This document shows, piece after piece, positions 1 to 9,653 of a DNA stretch of 27,226 nucleotides. The translations under genes and the position numbers were made by a program. This DNA comes from Candidatus Hydrogenedentota bacterium (GTDB lineage Bacteria; Hydrogenedentota; Hydrogenedentia; Hydrogenedentales; GCA-2746185). The stretch spans positions 1 through 27,226 of the forward strand of contig JAYGCN010000033.1 of assembly GCA_046583315.1 (NCBI GenBank), read 5' to 3'. Within the stretch, counting starts at the first letter, position 1; every line of letters begins with the position of its first letter. The notes below the pieces were generated by a model that did not search any database, was not told the DNA's origin, and was given only the letters and a program-made list of their open reading frames with translations.

Positions 1-989
1 CCGAAATGCTTCGAGCGATCCCCGTCGACCCTGAAATGCCCGCGATAGCGCGTGTCCTGCACCATCGCAGCCGTATTCCCGCATACCAGCATCGGTTTAT
101 CCGTCTCGAAACGATGATGGTCATCGAGGTCAAAAACATGAGGGTACTCGGGAAGCGTTCCTCGATAATACGCGACCTGCCCATAATCCTCGCAGCGATC
201 TTCCAGGCTATCCAACTTGAACACCCGATAGGTGACCGAAGTAAAGTTCGCTATGCCGATGCGTTTTTCAATTTGCGCATTGTTAATCGTAATCGGACTC
301 GTGGACATCACGCGCACATCGGGAGATCCGAGCACCGACATCAAACGGCGAAAATCTTCGTGATACATCGCGCCAGCAAGACACTCGCCAAGCAGAATGG
401 GATCGCTCATCAAATTTTCGGGCAACCGACGGTCCGACACCACATCCGAAAAATATAACTCGCCGCCGGGCTTCAATACACGCAATACTTCGCGAAACAC
501 TTCTTCCTTGTTGGAGGAAAGATTGATCACGCAATCCGAAATCACGACATCGACCGATTCGTCCTCAATGCCGATACTCTTCAGGTCTTCGATATAGCCC
601 TTGCGAAATTCCACGTTCGACGCGGCATACCCATAACGCGCCATCTGACGCGGCAGACAACGTTCCCCCACTTCCAGCTGCTCGTCCGTCATATCCACAC
701 CGATCACATGCCCCCTCGGCCCCACCAGACGCGAAGCCAAAAACACATCCCGTCCCGTTCCGCATCCCAAATCCAATACGGTACAACCATCCAGCGCTGT
801 CGGCACAGGAGCCCCGCATCCATAGAATCGCTCCAACACTTCCGGCTCAATATCCTTCAACAGGCGTTTGATATGGACGGGTATCGTATCCAGACTGCAA
901 CACGCATTCGTCTTCAGGTCATCCGACCCCTGCAATACCCGACCGTAATACTCCTGAACGCTCTCGTGTACCTTTTCAACCGATTCCAT
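1..989 (-). CDS. arsM: Arsenite S-adenosylmethionine methyltransferase, long AS3MT-like form (3' end beyond window)
   Basis: Hand-translated. ATG at 989 is preceded by GGAAGGA and the frame stays open to the window edge (at least 329 codons). Motifs: YYGRVLQGSDDLKTNACC, FYGCG, SAM motif LDLGCGTGRD, IGVDMT, VVISDCVINL, RVLKPGGELYFSD, LGECLAGA, and a C-terminal extension EDRCEDYGQVAYYRG...LDDHHRFET...VCGNTA. It has no in-window stop, which is probably why the ORF track misses it. Confidence 0.9.
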   Translation of the reverse strand, partial: MESVEKVHESVQEYYGRVLQGSDDLKTNACCSLDTIPVHIKRLLKDIEPEVLERFYGCGAPVPTALDGCTVLDLGCGTGRDVFLASRLVGPRGHVIGVDMTDEQLEVGERCLPRQMARYGYAASNVEFRKGYIEDLKSIGIEDESVDVVISDCVINLSSNKEEVFREVLRVLKPGGELYFSDVVSDRRLPENLMSDPILLGECLAGAMYHEDFRRLMSVLGSPDVRVMSTSPITINNAQIEKRIGIANFTSVTYRVFKLDSLEDRCEDYGQVAYYRGTLPEYPHVFDLDDHHRFETDKPMLVCGNTAAMVQDTRYRGHFRVDGDRSKHF

Positions 990-1040
990 CTAAATTCAAT
1001 CCTTCCGTTTAATGCTGTATTCATTGGCTCACACGTCCCG

Positions 1041-1067
1041 TGTCACGAAATGCAATCGCCGGGCGTC
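1041..1067 (+). promoter_or_regulatory. ECF41 sigma-dependent promoter
   Basis: TGTCACG (1041-1047), a 16-nt spacer and CGTC (1064-1067) match the ECF41 consensus TGTCACA-N16-CGTC. The site lies directly upstream of a CMD gene followed by an ECF41 sigma gene. Confidence 0.85.
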
Positions 1068-1100
1068 ATTGTACTAAACGATGCACGGAGGAACCACATC

Positions 1101-1676
1101 ATGCGAATCGCCCCAATAGAACAACCGAACAGTATCACCATGCGCGTCGCCCACTCGCTGAGCCAGCGAATGCTCGGAAAAGTCATCACACCCATCAAAG
1201 TCGTCTATTCTCGTTGCCCCGGCGCCATCAAACTGGGTCACGCCGTGCAGACCTTCATGGCGAAAGGCACCACGTTAGACCCTGAATTCGTATTCTTGCT
1301 CAGCACACACACGGCCCAACTGAACAATTGTGCATTTTGTGTCGACATTGGACGCGCGATGGACCTAAAAAACGAATTGCCACTGAACAAGGCCAACGCA
1401 CTCCACGAATACGATACAAATTCCCTCTTCTCGGAAGCCGAACGCGCAGCCCTTGATTACCTCAAAGAAATCAACCAAAACAAAGATGTCAGCGATGTTA
1501 CCTTCGCGAAATTGCAGGAACAGTACAACGACACCCAAATCGTGGAAATTACAGTGGTCAACGCCGCCGAAAACTACTATAATCTGATCAACATTCCGCT
1601 CGAAATCGAAACCGACGACCTCTGCGCACTGGTTCCGCAGCGTCACAAAAAACACGCGACGAGAAACACGCGATAG
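1101..1676 (+). CDS. Carboxymuconolactone decarboxylase / AhpD-like protein (191 aa)
   Basis: RBS GGAGGA at 1087-1092 and ATG at 1101; the ORF-track start at 708 overlaps arsM. Motifs AQLNNCAFCVD (CxxC), FSEAERAAL, QIVEIT...NYYN. CMD genes are typical ECF41 targets. Confidence 0.85.
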   Translation: MRIAPIEQPNSITMRVAHSLSQRMLGKVITPIKVVYSRCPGAIKLGHAVQTFMAKGTTLDPEFVFLLSTHTAQLNNCAFCVDIGRAMDLKNELPLNKANALHEYDTNSLFSEAERAALDYLKEINQNKDVSDVTFAKLQEQYNDTQIVEITVVNAAENYYNLINIPLEIETDDLCALVPQRHKKHATRNTR

Positions 1677-1677
1677 C

Positions 1678-2545
1678 ATGAACAAAACTGACACCTTCAA
1701 TGAACACCGCGGACTGCTCTTCGGCATCGCCTACCGAATGGTTGGCACCGTCATGGACGCCGAGGACCTCGTGCAGGAGACCCTATCTACGTTGGGACAC
1801 AACCGACGCGAAAACCATCGACACGCCAATCGCATTCTTAAGGACGGTGGTCACCCGCCTTTCCATCGACCATCTGCGCCGCGCCAAGAAAACCCGCGAG
1901 GTCTACGAGGGCCTCTGGTTGCCGGAGCCCTACGTCGATACACCATCCACCAATCACGACGAACTGTCAGAGTCGCTCTCAACAGCCTTCCTCGTACTAC
2001 TCGAAAATCTGGCGCCACCCGAACGCGCGGCCTTTCTCCTCATGGAAGTCTTTGGCTATACCTATTCCGAAATCGCCGACACGCTCGAAAAATCAGAGGC
2101 CAATTGCCGCCAAATCGTCAAACGGGCCAAAGATCGCATCCAGGAATACAAACCCCGCCACGCCATCGACCCCGCCGAGCATGAACGACTCGTTTCCGAA
2201 TTCATAGCTGCTTCACAGGAGCAAAACATGGACCGATTTTCAGCCATCCTTGCCGAAGATGCTGTTCTCTACACCGACCACGGCGGTAAAGTCATCGCGA
2301 ATAAACGGGCAATATTCGGCGCCGTCAATATCGGCCGCTTTATTCATGGTCTGATGAAACGGTTTCGACCGGAAAACTATCGAATGGAAGCGCGAATCAT
2401 TAACGGTACACAGGGACTCGTGGCATACGAGGGCGACAAACCGTCCAGCGTAACGACCTTCGCCATTCAAGACGGCCACATTCAGACCATTTATACCGTG
2501 CCCAATCCCGACAAACTCGCTGCACTCCGACCTAACGGAAACTGA
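1678..2545 (+). pseudogene. ECF41-family sigma factor (SigJ-like, SnoaL-like C-terminal extension) with a +1 frameshift near 1781-1783
   Basis: The N-terminus (LFGIAYRMVGTVMDAEDLVQET) is in ORF 1678..2184. The remainder (YLRW...LWLPEP...LLENLAPPERAAFLL...TDHGGK...NPDKL) is in ORF 1700..2545. Deleting one C from GAG ACC C TAT CTA gives a continuous 288-aa protein. This could be a sequencing error rather than a true pseudogene. Confidence 0.85.
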
Positions 2546-4246
2546 CTACATCCGCTCCAGCGGCTCGATGCCGAGAATGCTCAGGGCGTTCGTCAGGGTC
2601 TGCAACGTGGCCTGGCACAGCTGAATACGCGCACGTTTCAACGCGTCGGTCTCAGCCACGAGCACCGGACACTCATGATAAAACGTGGTGAACAGTCGCG
2701 CGGTCTCCAATGCGTAGGTCGCGATGGACGCCACGTTACGATTTGTCAATGCCGCCTCAATCATGTCGCTAAAGGTTGCAAGATGAGTCAACAGCATCCA
2801 CTCCGCATCCGCCGTCAGCGGGAAATCGTCGTTGATCTCTGTTGTTGGTGCCTCGCCATATTTACGCAAGATGGAATTGATTCGCGCGGTCGAATATTGC
2901 ACATATGGCCCCGTATCCCCGGAGAATGACAGGCTCGTTTCCCACTCGAAGATGACGTTCTTGTTCGGGTTTACACGCAGAATCGCAAAACGTACTGCCG
3001 CAATCCCCACCTTGTTCGCAATCGCCTGACGTTCTTCTTCGGTCATGTCCGCGCACTGCTCATCCACTTTTTCCTGAGCACGCCGCGCCGCTTCATCCAG
3101 AAAGTCTTCGAGCAACACCACTTGTCCCTCGCGCGTGGACATTTTTCCATCCTTCAACAGGATGTACGCATAGTAAATCGGTTCCGGGGAATCCTTGCCT
3201 GCCGCTTTCAAAATTAAGTTCAGTTGCTCGGCATATAATTTGTGATCTTCGCCCAGTACCTGCAAATTCACGTCCGCGCCCTGCTCCATCTTGTCAATGG
3301 TATACGCCAGATCCCGGAACCCGTACATCGAACTCCCGTTGCCGCGACGCAGCACGAAATAACGTCCTTCATCGCGGTCATGACCGATCTTCGACAAATC
3401 AACCACCAAGCGATTGTCCTCATCAATAAACGAGGCACCCTTTTCGTCCAACGCTTTCAACACTTCATCGAGACGCGGATCATTCAAGTATTTTGATTCT
3501 TTGTCGAAGGTGTCGTAGCCAATACCGAGTCGCGCCAGCACGGCGGTCTGCCCTTTAAGACATAAGTCAGTAACTCGAGCAAATTGCTCAGCCACCTCGG
3601 GATCACCCTCCTCCATTTTCGCCAGCATGTCGTAACCCGCCTGCGAAAATGCTTCATCTTCCTTGGCGCGATTGTTCGCCTCCACGTAGGCATCCAGAAC
3701 GTCGTCAAAAGTCATCGAATCCAGCTTATCCGCTGTGTTCAATACCAACAACCCAATCTGTTTGCCGATATCGTTCACATAATAGTGAACATCCACGTCG
3801 TAATCGTCAAAGCGAAACAGCCTGACAAGGCTGTCCCCATACATCGCGTTTCGCGCACGACCCACATGCGGACTCGCGTTGGGATTGATGCTCGTGTGTT
3901 CAATGAGCAAGGTTTGGCCCGCACCGGTATGCGCCGATCCGTAGAGTTCCTTCTCCTCCAATATACTGGACACCACCATGCGCGCGATGCCCGATCGGTC
4001 CAACTTGAAATTCAAGTATGGACCTGCGGCCGCGACACTCGTGACGTCGTCACCAAACGAAACCGACTCAGCAATCTCCTGCGCCAGTTGCGGAGGTGGC
4101 ATTTTGAGTTTCTTCGCCGCGATAAAGGTGCGCAGCGCCACATCCCCCACCTCCAGTTTTGGAGACGCCCCGAAAGTCAAATCCGAGGCTTCCAGATCAG
4201 GAAAATGGGCCAATATGGGTTCAGCCAATGCAGAAAAAGGGTTCAC
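2546..4246 (-). CDS. argS: Arginine--tRNA ligase
   Basis: HIGH-type motif EHTSINPNASPHVGRARNA, YYVNDIGKQ, KMSTREG, GDTGPYVQYSTARINSI, FYHECPVL, C-terminal LGIEPLERM. GTG start with upstream GGAG. Confidence 0.97.
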   Translation of the reverse strand: MNPFSALAEPILAHFPDLEASDLTFGASPKLEVGDVALRTFIAAKKLKMPPPQLAQEIAESVSFGDDVTSVAAAGPYLNFKLDRSGIARMVVSSILEEKELYGSAHTGAGQTLLIEHTSINPNASPHVGRARNAMYGDSLVRLFRFDDYDVDVHYYVNDIGKQIGLLVLNTADKLDSMTFDDVLDAYVEANNRAKEDEAFSQAGYDMLAKMEEGDPEVAEQFARVTDLCLKGQTAVLARLGIGYDTFDKESKYLNDPRLDEVLKALDEKGASFIDEDNRLVVDLSKIGHDRDEGRYFVLRRGNGSSMYGFRDLAYTIDKMEQGADVNLQVLGEDHKLYAEQLNLILKAAGKDSPEPIYYAYILLKDGKMSTREGQVVLLEDFLDEAARRAQEKVDEQCADMTEEERQAIANKVGIAAVRFAILRVNPNKNVIFEWETSLSFSGDTGPYVQYSTARINSILRKYGEAPTTEINDDFPLTADAEWMLLTHLATFSDMIEAALTNRNVASIATYALETARLFTTFYHECPVLVAETDALKRARIQLCQATLQTLTNALSILGIEPLERM

Positions 4247-4310
4247 ACCGATGCTCCAAGGGATCGTTTCACTAGACCATTCAACGAAATCAAAAATGCG
4301 TTCACGAATT

Positions 4311-4817
4311 TTACTTATTTATTTCGTTCAAGCGATTATTCAGGTTAATTTCATACAATTCAGCGTCGGAGATATTACGTTCAATAATTTTGATCAGGTG
4401 AAAGCCAAAAGCCGTCTCAATAGGCTCACTCACCACGCCCACCTCCCCGATCCAGATGTAAGAATCGAAGGCAGGCACCGTCTCTTCATGCTCATACCAA
4501 CCCAAATCGCCACCGTTGTCCCGGTTGGAAACATCATCCGAATGCTCCCGGGCCAAATCGCCGAAATCGGCTCCGGCATCGAGTTGACGTTTAATCTCCA
4601 GAATCTCTTCAAAGGCCGCTTCACGGGCCGCCGCGTCACCTTCGGGCACCAGCTTAAGTATATGCTGCACGTGCGCCACCGAGTTGTATTGCTTCCGCTC
4701 ATTCGTGAGTAGCAACGACACAATCATCACCACAACCAAGCCCGGGATTCCCAATAGTATCCACTTGGAACGATCCCGCTCTTCTTTCACTTCTTCTTGG
4801 TCAGATTCCCAACCCAT
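4311..4817 (-). CDS. Membrane-anchored parvulin/PpiC-type peptidyl-prolyl isomerase
   Basis: N-terminal hydrophobic helix, then HVQHIL, FGDLAREHSDD, GGDLGW and SEPIETAFGFHLIK. Confidence 0.9.
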   Translation of the reverse strand: MGWESDQEEVKEERDRSKWILLGIPGLVVVMIVSLLLTNERKQYNSVAHVQHILKLVPEGDAAAREAAFEEILEIKRQLDAGADFGDLAREHSDDVSNRDNGGDLGWYEHEETVPAFDSYIWIGEVGVVSEPIETAFGFHLIKIIERNISDAELYEINLNNRLNEINK

Positions 4818-5844
4818 CCGCTATTCCTCCATACAAACTGGAGTAGAAGTATATCACGACACCCCCTATCAGGGTAAAGACCGCCAGCATAATTAGTGTA
4901 GTGAATACCCCGACCGCCTGTTTGATGGCATGTTGGGCCTCATTCATGTGGTACTCCGCCGCCTTGCCAAGCTGATACTCCAGCTTACCCGACTGCTCTC
5001 CAATGGCCAGCATCTCCCGCGACAAGGGTGTGAGCATTTTCGAATCCTGAAACGCTTCGACCAAGGTCGAGCCACGACGGACATGTGGAATCGCACGCAT
5101 CAAATCCTTCGCAATATAGGGATTTGAAACGATCCGGGCCGATTGCTGGATGCATTGCACCATACCAAGACCGCCGCTGAGCATCAACGAAAAACTCCTG
5201 AAAAAACGGGCCAGGCTCAACTTGCGCGTTACCACCGACAGCGGCCATACAAAGGTCGTGACCAGACCCACAATCCAGCCCAACGCGCCCATGCGCGACA
5301 GGACGACACCAATCGCCGCGACCAGCCCAAAAATAATCATGGCACGTATCTGGAAAGAAACGTACTCACTAAAATACTCCCTGATTCCCGAAATACCGCC
5401 GCCACGACCGTCCAGGCCATCCAGCGCAACTTCTACCATACCCAAGGCGAAGCTTCCCAGAAACCAGCAGATGACGACTAAGAACATCGGATACGCCAGC
5501 GCACTCGCAACCTGGCGACGCATCGCCAGCCTGTCCTCATAATAATCCGCAAGCTCGTTCAACATCTGATCGAGCTTGCCCGATTGCTCACCGTTGGCCA
5601 GCAGAGTCACAAAAAGAGGCGACAACGATTCGGACTGCTTGTTCGTGGCCTCTGCCAAGGTGTCCCCATGCCGCAAGTCGTCAGCGATCGTAGTCAAAAC
5701 ACGTCGCACCGACGAGTTCCTCTGTTGCTCCCCAACCTTCTCCAGCACATCGATAATCGGAATGCCCGCCTCATACGCCGTCGCAATTTGGCGGCATACC
5801 GGAACCATTGCCTTCGAACTGAGTTCTTTGCTGAGTATGGCCAT
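4801..5844 (-). CDS. Type II secretion F / type IV pilus platform protein (GspF/PilC family)
   Basis: Two internal repeats (GEQSGKLDQML...LADYY and GEQSGKLEYQL...AAEYH), ALAYP and transmembrane segments. RBS GGGGG upstream of the ATG. Confidence 0.9.
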   Translation of the reverse strand: MAILSKELSSKAMVPVCRQIATAYEAGIPIIDVLEKVGEQQRNSSVRRVLTTIADDLRHGDTLAEATNKQSESLSPLFVTLLANGEQSGKLDQMLNELADYYEDRLAMRRQVASALAYPMFLVVICWFLGSFALGMVEVALDGLDGRGGGISGIREYFSEYVSFQIRAMIIFGLVAAIGVVLSRMGALGWIVGLVTTFVWPLSVVTRKLSLARFFRSFSLMLSGGLGMVQCIQQSARIVSNPYIAKDLMRAIPHVRRGSTLVEAFQDSKMLTPLSREMLAIGEQSGKLEYQLGKAAEYHMNEAQHAIKQAVGVFTTLIMLAVFTLIGGVVIYFYSSLYGGIADGLGI

Positions 5845-5876
5845 GCCGATCCCCCTGAGGTTTCGTTAGATTCGTA

Positions 5877-5885
5877 TGCTATAGT
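5877..5885 (+). promoter_or_regulatory. Putative extended -10 promoter for the spoU-amidohydrolase-S9 peptidase genes
   Basis: TGcTATAGT in the divergent intergenic region. A near-identical TGcTATACT occurs at 19877. Confidence 0.45.
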
Positions 5886-5935
5886 ATGCCACTCATTCGT
5901 AGCAAGCCTGACCCAAATTGACCAATTCAGATGCC

Positions 5936-6460
5936 ATGACCGAACGCGAACCTCATTACTCAATTACACCGCACGACGAACGCCCGCCCATCGAGCGTAA
6001 TCCCGTGCATATCGTGCTCGACAATATTCGCAGCGCCTTCAACGTGGGCTCCATCTTCCGTACTTCCGATGCCGGTGCCGTCAGCCACATCCACCTCTGC
6101 GGCATGAGCGCGCATCCTCCCCACCCCAAACTCGAAAAAACGGCCCTGGGCGCTTTTGAATACGTACCCTGGACCTATCACGAACGCACCACCAACGCCC
6201 TGCGCGAACTCGGCGACCAAGGCATCCATCGGGTCGCCATCGAAGTCACCGACGATGCCGTATCCATGCCCCTATTCGACTGGCCAACCCCCGTCGCCGT
6301 TGTATTCGGCAACGAAGTCACCGGCATCAACGACCGCGTCATGCGCCACTGCGACAGCGTCGTCAAAATCCCCATGCTCGGCTACAAAAATTCGATGAAT
6401 GTCGCCACCGCCTACGGCGTGGTACTATACGACATTCTTGCGCGATGGAAAGCCATATAG
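5936..6460 (+). CDS. SpoU/TrmH-family RNA 2'-O-methyltransferase
   Basis: VLDNIRSAFNVGSIFRTSDA, KTALGA, VVFGNEVTG, IPMLGYKNSMNVA. ATG 5936 was preferred over TTG 5918. Confidence 0.92.
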   Translation: MTEREPHYSITPHDERPPIERNPVHIVLDNIRSAFNVGSIFRTSDAGAVSHIHLCGMSAHPPHPKLEKTALGAFEYVPWTYHERTTNALRELGDQGIHRVAIEVTDDAVSMPLFDWPTPVAVVFGNEVTGINDRVMRHCDSVVKIPMLGYKNSMNVATAYGVVLYDILARWKAI

Positions 6461-6478
6461 TTAAACAGGATAATTATC

Positions 6479-7759
6479 GTGAGCAAGTGTTTAGCCTTTC
6501 TAGCAACATTCTTGATCGTCGGCTCATCCATGGCCGATACGCTCGTTCACGCCGGACGCCTCATCGATGGACTCAGCGATGAGGTGCGTACCAATATCAC
6601 CATTCGCATCGCCGACGGCAAGTTTGTTGACCTAACCGATGGTTACGTTACGCCGAACAGTAGCGACAAAGTCATCGACCTTAAATCCTCCACCGTCATG
6701 CCCGGACTCATGGACATGCACACCCATCTGACCAAAGAAATCACACCGGCATCGTTCTCGGAGTCATTCTTTATGAACGATGGAGAAATCGCGTTGCGCG
6801 CCGCCATGTTCGCCGAGAAAACCCTCATGGCCGGATTCACTACCGTGCGCGATCTCGGCGACGACGGCGTAACAAGCGTATCCCTGCGCAACGCGATTGG
6901 CAAAGGTTGGGCCACTGGACCACGCATCTACACCACCGGAAAATCTCTGGCCACCATCGGCGGTCATGCCGACCCCACCAACGGGCGCAACGCGAAACTC
7001 AAAGGCGACCCCGGCCCCAAAGAGGGTGTCGTCAACGGCGTGGACGACGCGCGTGAAGCGGTGCGCCATCGATACAAAAATGGTGCTGACCTCATCAAAC
7101 TCACCGCAACTGGTGGCGTACTCAGTCTCGCGAAAAGCGGAGAGAACCCCCAGTTCACGCAAGAAGAACTTAATGCAATCGTCGAAACAGCCAAAGACTA
7201 CAACTTCACCGTCGCTGTGCATGCCCACGGCAAAGAAGGCATGAAACGCGCCATCCTCGCCGGAGTCACCTCCATCGAACACGGCACCTATATGGACAAA
7301 GAAATAATTCGTCTCATGAAAAAACACGGTACCGTCTACGTGCCCACCATCACCGCCGGAGACTGGGTCGGGAAGATGGCCAAGAAAGACGGTTACTACC
7401 CCGACGTCGTGCGCCCCAAAGCCGCCACCATCGGCCCGCTCATCCAGGAAACCTTCGCACGCGTTTACAAGGCCGGGGTCATCATCGCCTTCGGCACCGA
7501 TTCGGGCGTATACCCCCACGGGATGAATGCCAAAGAATTCGAATTAATGGTCGAAGCCGGCATGCCCGCCATGGAAGCCATTCAATCGGCCACAATGGGC
7601 GGCGCAAAACTCTTGCGCATTGACGACGAACTTGGTAGCGTATCAGTTGGCAAAAAAGCAGCCCTCGTTGCTGTTCGAGGAGACCCCTTGGCTGATATCC
7701 GTCTCCTGCGTGACATCGATTTTGTAATGAAAGATGGCGTGGTTTACAAAAACAACTAG
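6479..7759 (+). CDS. Secreted metal-dependent amidohydrolase (Xaa-Pro dipeptidase-like)
   Basis: Signal-peptide-like N-terminus. Motifs [28 protein letters not shown] (carboxylated Lys position), VHAHG, SIEHG, FGTDSG. Confidence 0.92.
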   Translation: MSKCLAFLATFLIVGSSMADTLVHAGRLIDGLSDEVRTNITIRIADGKFVDLTDGYVTPNSSDKVIDLKSSTVMPGLMDMHTHLTKEITPASFSESFFMNDGEIALRAAMFAEKTLMAGFTTVRDLGDDGVTSVSLRNAIGKGWATGPRIYTTGKSLATIGGHADPTNGRNAKLKGDPGPKEGVVNGVDDAREAVRHRYKNGADLIKLTATGGVLSLAKSGENPQFTQEELNAIVETAKDYNFTVAVHAHGKEGMKRAILAGVTSIEHGTYMDKEIIRLMKKHGTVYVPTITAGDWVGKMAKKDGYYPDVVRPKAATIGPLIQETFARVYKAGVIIAFGTDSGVYPHGMNAKEFELMVEAGMPAMEAIQSATMGGAKLLRIDDELGSVSVGKKAALVAVRGDPLADIRLLRDIDFVMKDGVVYKNN

Positions 7760-7769
7760 GAGAAAGTTC

Positions 7770-9653
7770 ATGAAAGCACGACCGTTTGCAATTCTTCTTT
7801 TGATAACCCTTACATTTTCCTGGTCAACCCACGCACGGGAGGTCAAGCAATACACCATCGAAGATTTCTTCGATACCATCTCCATCGGCGGCGCATCCTT
7901 CTCACACGACGGCTCAAAAATCCTCGTCAGCAGCGATGAATCCGGCATTTTCAACGTTTATTCCATTCCCGTTGATGGATCGCCGCAAAAAGCCTTGACC
8001 ACCTCCACCACCGAATCGGTTTTCGCCGTATCCTACTTCCCCAACGACGAACGTTTCCTGTTTCGTAAAGATCGCGGTGGCAACGAACGGACCCACATCT
8101 TCGCGCAGTACCCCGATGGACGCGGTCGCGATCTCACACCCGGCGATGAAGTCAAAGCCGCCTTCCTGGGATGGGCCGACGACGAACAGTCCTTCTTCAT
8201 CACCTCCAACGCGCGCGACCCGAAATACTTCGACCTTATTGAAATATCGATCGGCGATTACAGCCAGACCATGCTTTTCCAGAACGATACCGGATACAAC
8301 ATTGCCGACATTTCCTGGGACAAGCGTTACATCGCATTGCAGGAACCCGACACGCGCAAAAACAGTTACGCCGTCGTTCATGACCGCACAACCGGCACCA
8401 CAAAACGCGTCGCGAAACACGAAGGGGAGGAAGCTGTATGCAGCCCACAAGCCTTTGATGTCAGCGGCAAGAATATACTCGTCCTCACCGATCGCGGCCG
8501 TGAATTTCTCTATCTCGTTCGGGAAAATCTGGAAACCGAAGAATCGGAGGTCATGGAAGTCTACGACTGGGACGTCCAATACGCCAGCGTATCCAAAACC
8601 GGTCGCTACACCGTGGTCGGCATCAACGAGGATTCCATTTCCAAGGTCCGCATCATCGACAATCAGACCGGAAAGCTTCGCCCGCTACCCACCATCCCCG
8701 AAGCCGGCATCACCTCCGTGCGTTTCTCCAATGACGACACCGCTGTGGCCCTTTACGCCCAAGACGGCAAGACGCCGGGCGATCTTTACTACGCCAAGTT
8801 GGGCGCGATCGAACGGGTAAAAAAACTCACCCGCCGTCTCTCCGAACGCATCGATATCAACGACCTCGTCAAACCGGAAATCATACGCTTCAGCTCCTAC
8901 GACGGCGTCGAAATACCCGGCATCCTGTATAGACCGCATCAGGCCACCTCCACCGATAAAGCCCCCGCGCTCGTCTACGTACACGGCGGACCCGGCGGGC
9001 AGACCCGCGCCAGCTACAATCCCACCATCCAATACCTCGTCAACCACGGCTACGTCGTCTTCGGCATCAATAACCGCGGCAGCAGCGGCTACGGAAAAAC
9101 CTTCTTTGGCCTCGATGATCTTGCACACGGCGATGCGGACCTCGACGACTGCGTAGAAAGCAAGAAAATGTTGGTGGACACGGGCTACGTCGACCCCGAA
9201 CGCATCGGCATCATGGGGGGAAGCTACGGCGGCTACATGGTCTGCGCGGCACTCGCGTTTCGTCCCGAAGAATTCGAAGTCGGCGTGAATATTTTCGGCG
9301 TCACCAATTGGGTACGCACCCTCAAAAGCATTCCCGCCTGGTGGGAATCCGCCCGCAACTCACTCTACAAAGAACTCGGCGACCCCTTCACCCAGGAAGA
9401 CTACCTGACAAAAATTTCGCCCCTCTTCCACGCCGACAACATCGTAAAACCCATGATCGTATTACAAGGCGCGAACGATCCCCGCGTGCTCCAGGTCGAA
9501 TCCGACGAAATGGTCGAAGCCGTGCGCGCCAACGACGTGCCCGTCGAATACATCATTTTCCCCGACGAAGGCCACGGCTTCCGCAAAAAGGAAAATCAGA
9601 TCACCGGATACAAAGCCGTCCTGAAATTCCTCGACGAACACCTGAAGGGTTAA
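7770..9653 (+). CDS. Secreted S9-family peptidase (acylaminoacyl/dipeptidyl peptidase-like)
   Basis: RBS AGGAG, ATG 7770, signal peptide ending ...STHA, beta-propeller region, then VHGGPG, GGSYGG nucleophile, GANDPRV and DEGHG. Confidence 0.95.
   Translation: MKARPFAILLLITLTFSWSTHAREVKQYTIEDFFDTISIGGASFSHDGSKILVSSDESGIFNVYSIPVDGSPQKALTTSTTESVFAVSYFPNDERFLFRKDRGGNERTHIFAQYPDGRGRDLTPGDEVKAAFLGWADDEQSFFITSNARDPKYFDLIEISIGDYSQTMLFQNDTGYNIADISWDKRYIALQEPDTRKNSYAVVHDRTTGTTKRVAKHEGEEAVCSPQAFDVSGKNILVLTDRGREFLYLVRENLETEESEVMEVYDWDVQYASVSKTGRYTVVGINEDSISKVRIIDNQTGKLRPLPTIPEAGITSVRFSNDDTAVALYAQDGKTPGDLYYAKLGAIERVKKLTRRLSERIDINDLVKPEIIRFSSYDGVEIPGILYRPHQATSTDKAPALVYVHGGPGGQTRASYNPTIQYLVNHGYVVFGINNRGSSGYGKTFFGLDDLAHGDADLDDCVESKKMLVDTGYVDPERIGIMGGSYGGYMVCAALAFRPEEFEVGVNIFGVTNWVRTLKSIPAWWESARNSLYKELGDPFTQEDYLTKISPLFHADNIVKPMIVLQGANDPRVLQVESDEMVEAVRANDVPVEYIIFPDEGHGFRKKENQITGYKAVLKFLDEHLKG

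Noticed and set aside
708..1100. N-terminal extension of the 322-aa ORF 708..1676
   Set aside because: It overlaps arsM on the opposite strand, and the RBS and ECF41 promoter point to ATG 1101.
1784..2184. 168-aa ORF 1678..2184 as an independent protein
   Set aside because: Everything after codon 35 is out-of-frame read-through of the frameshifted sigma gene.
4247..4310. T-box leader upstream of argS
   Set aside because: The gap is only 64 nt, with no T-box consensus or terminator.
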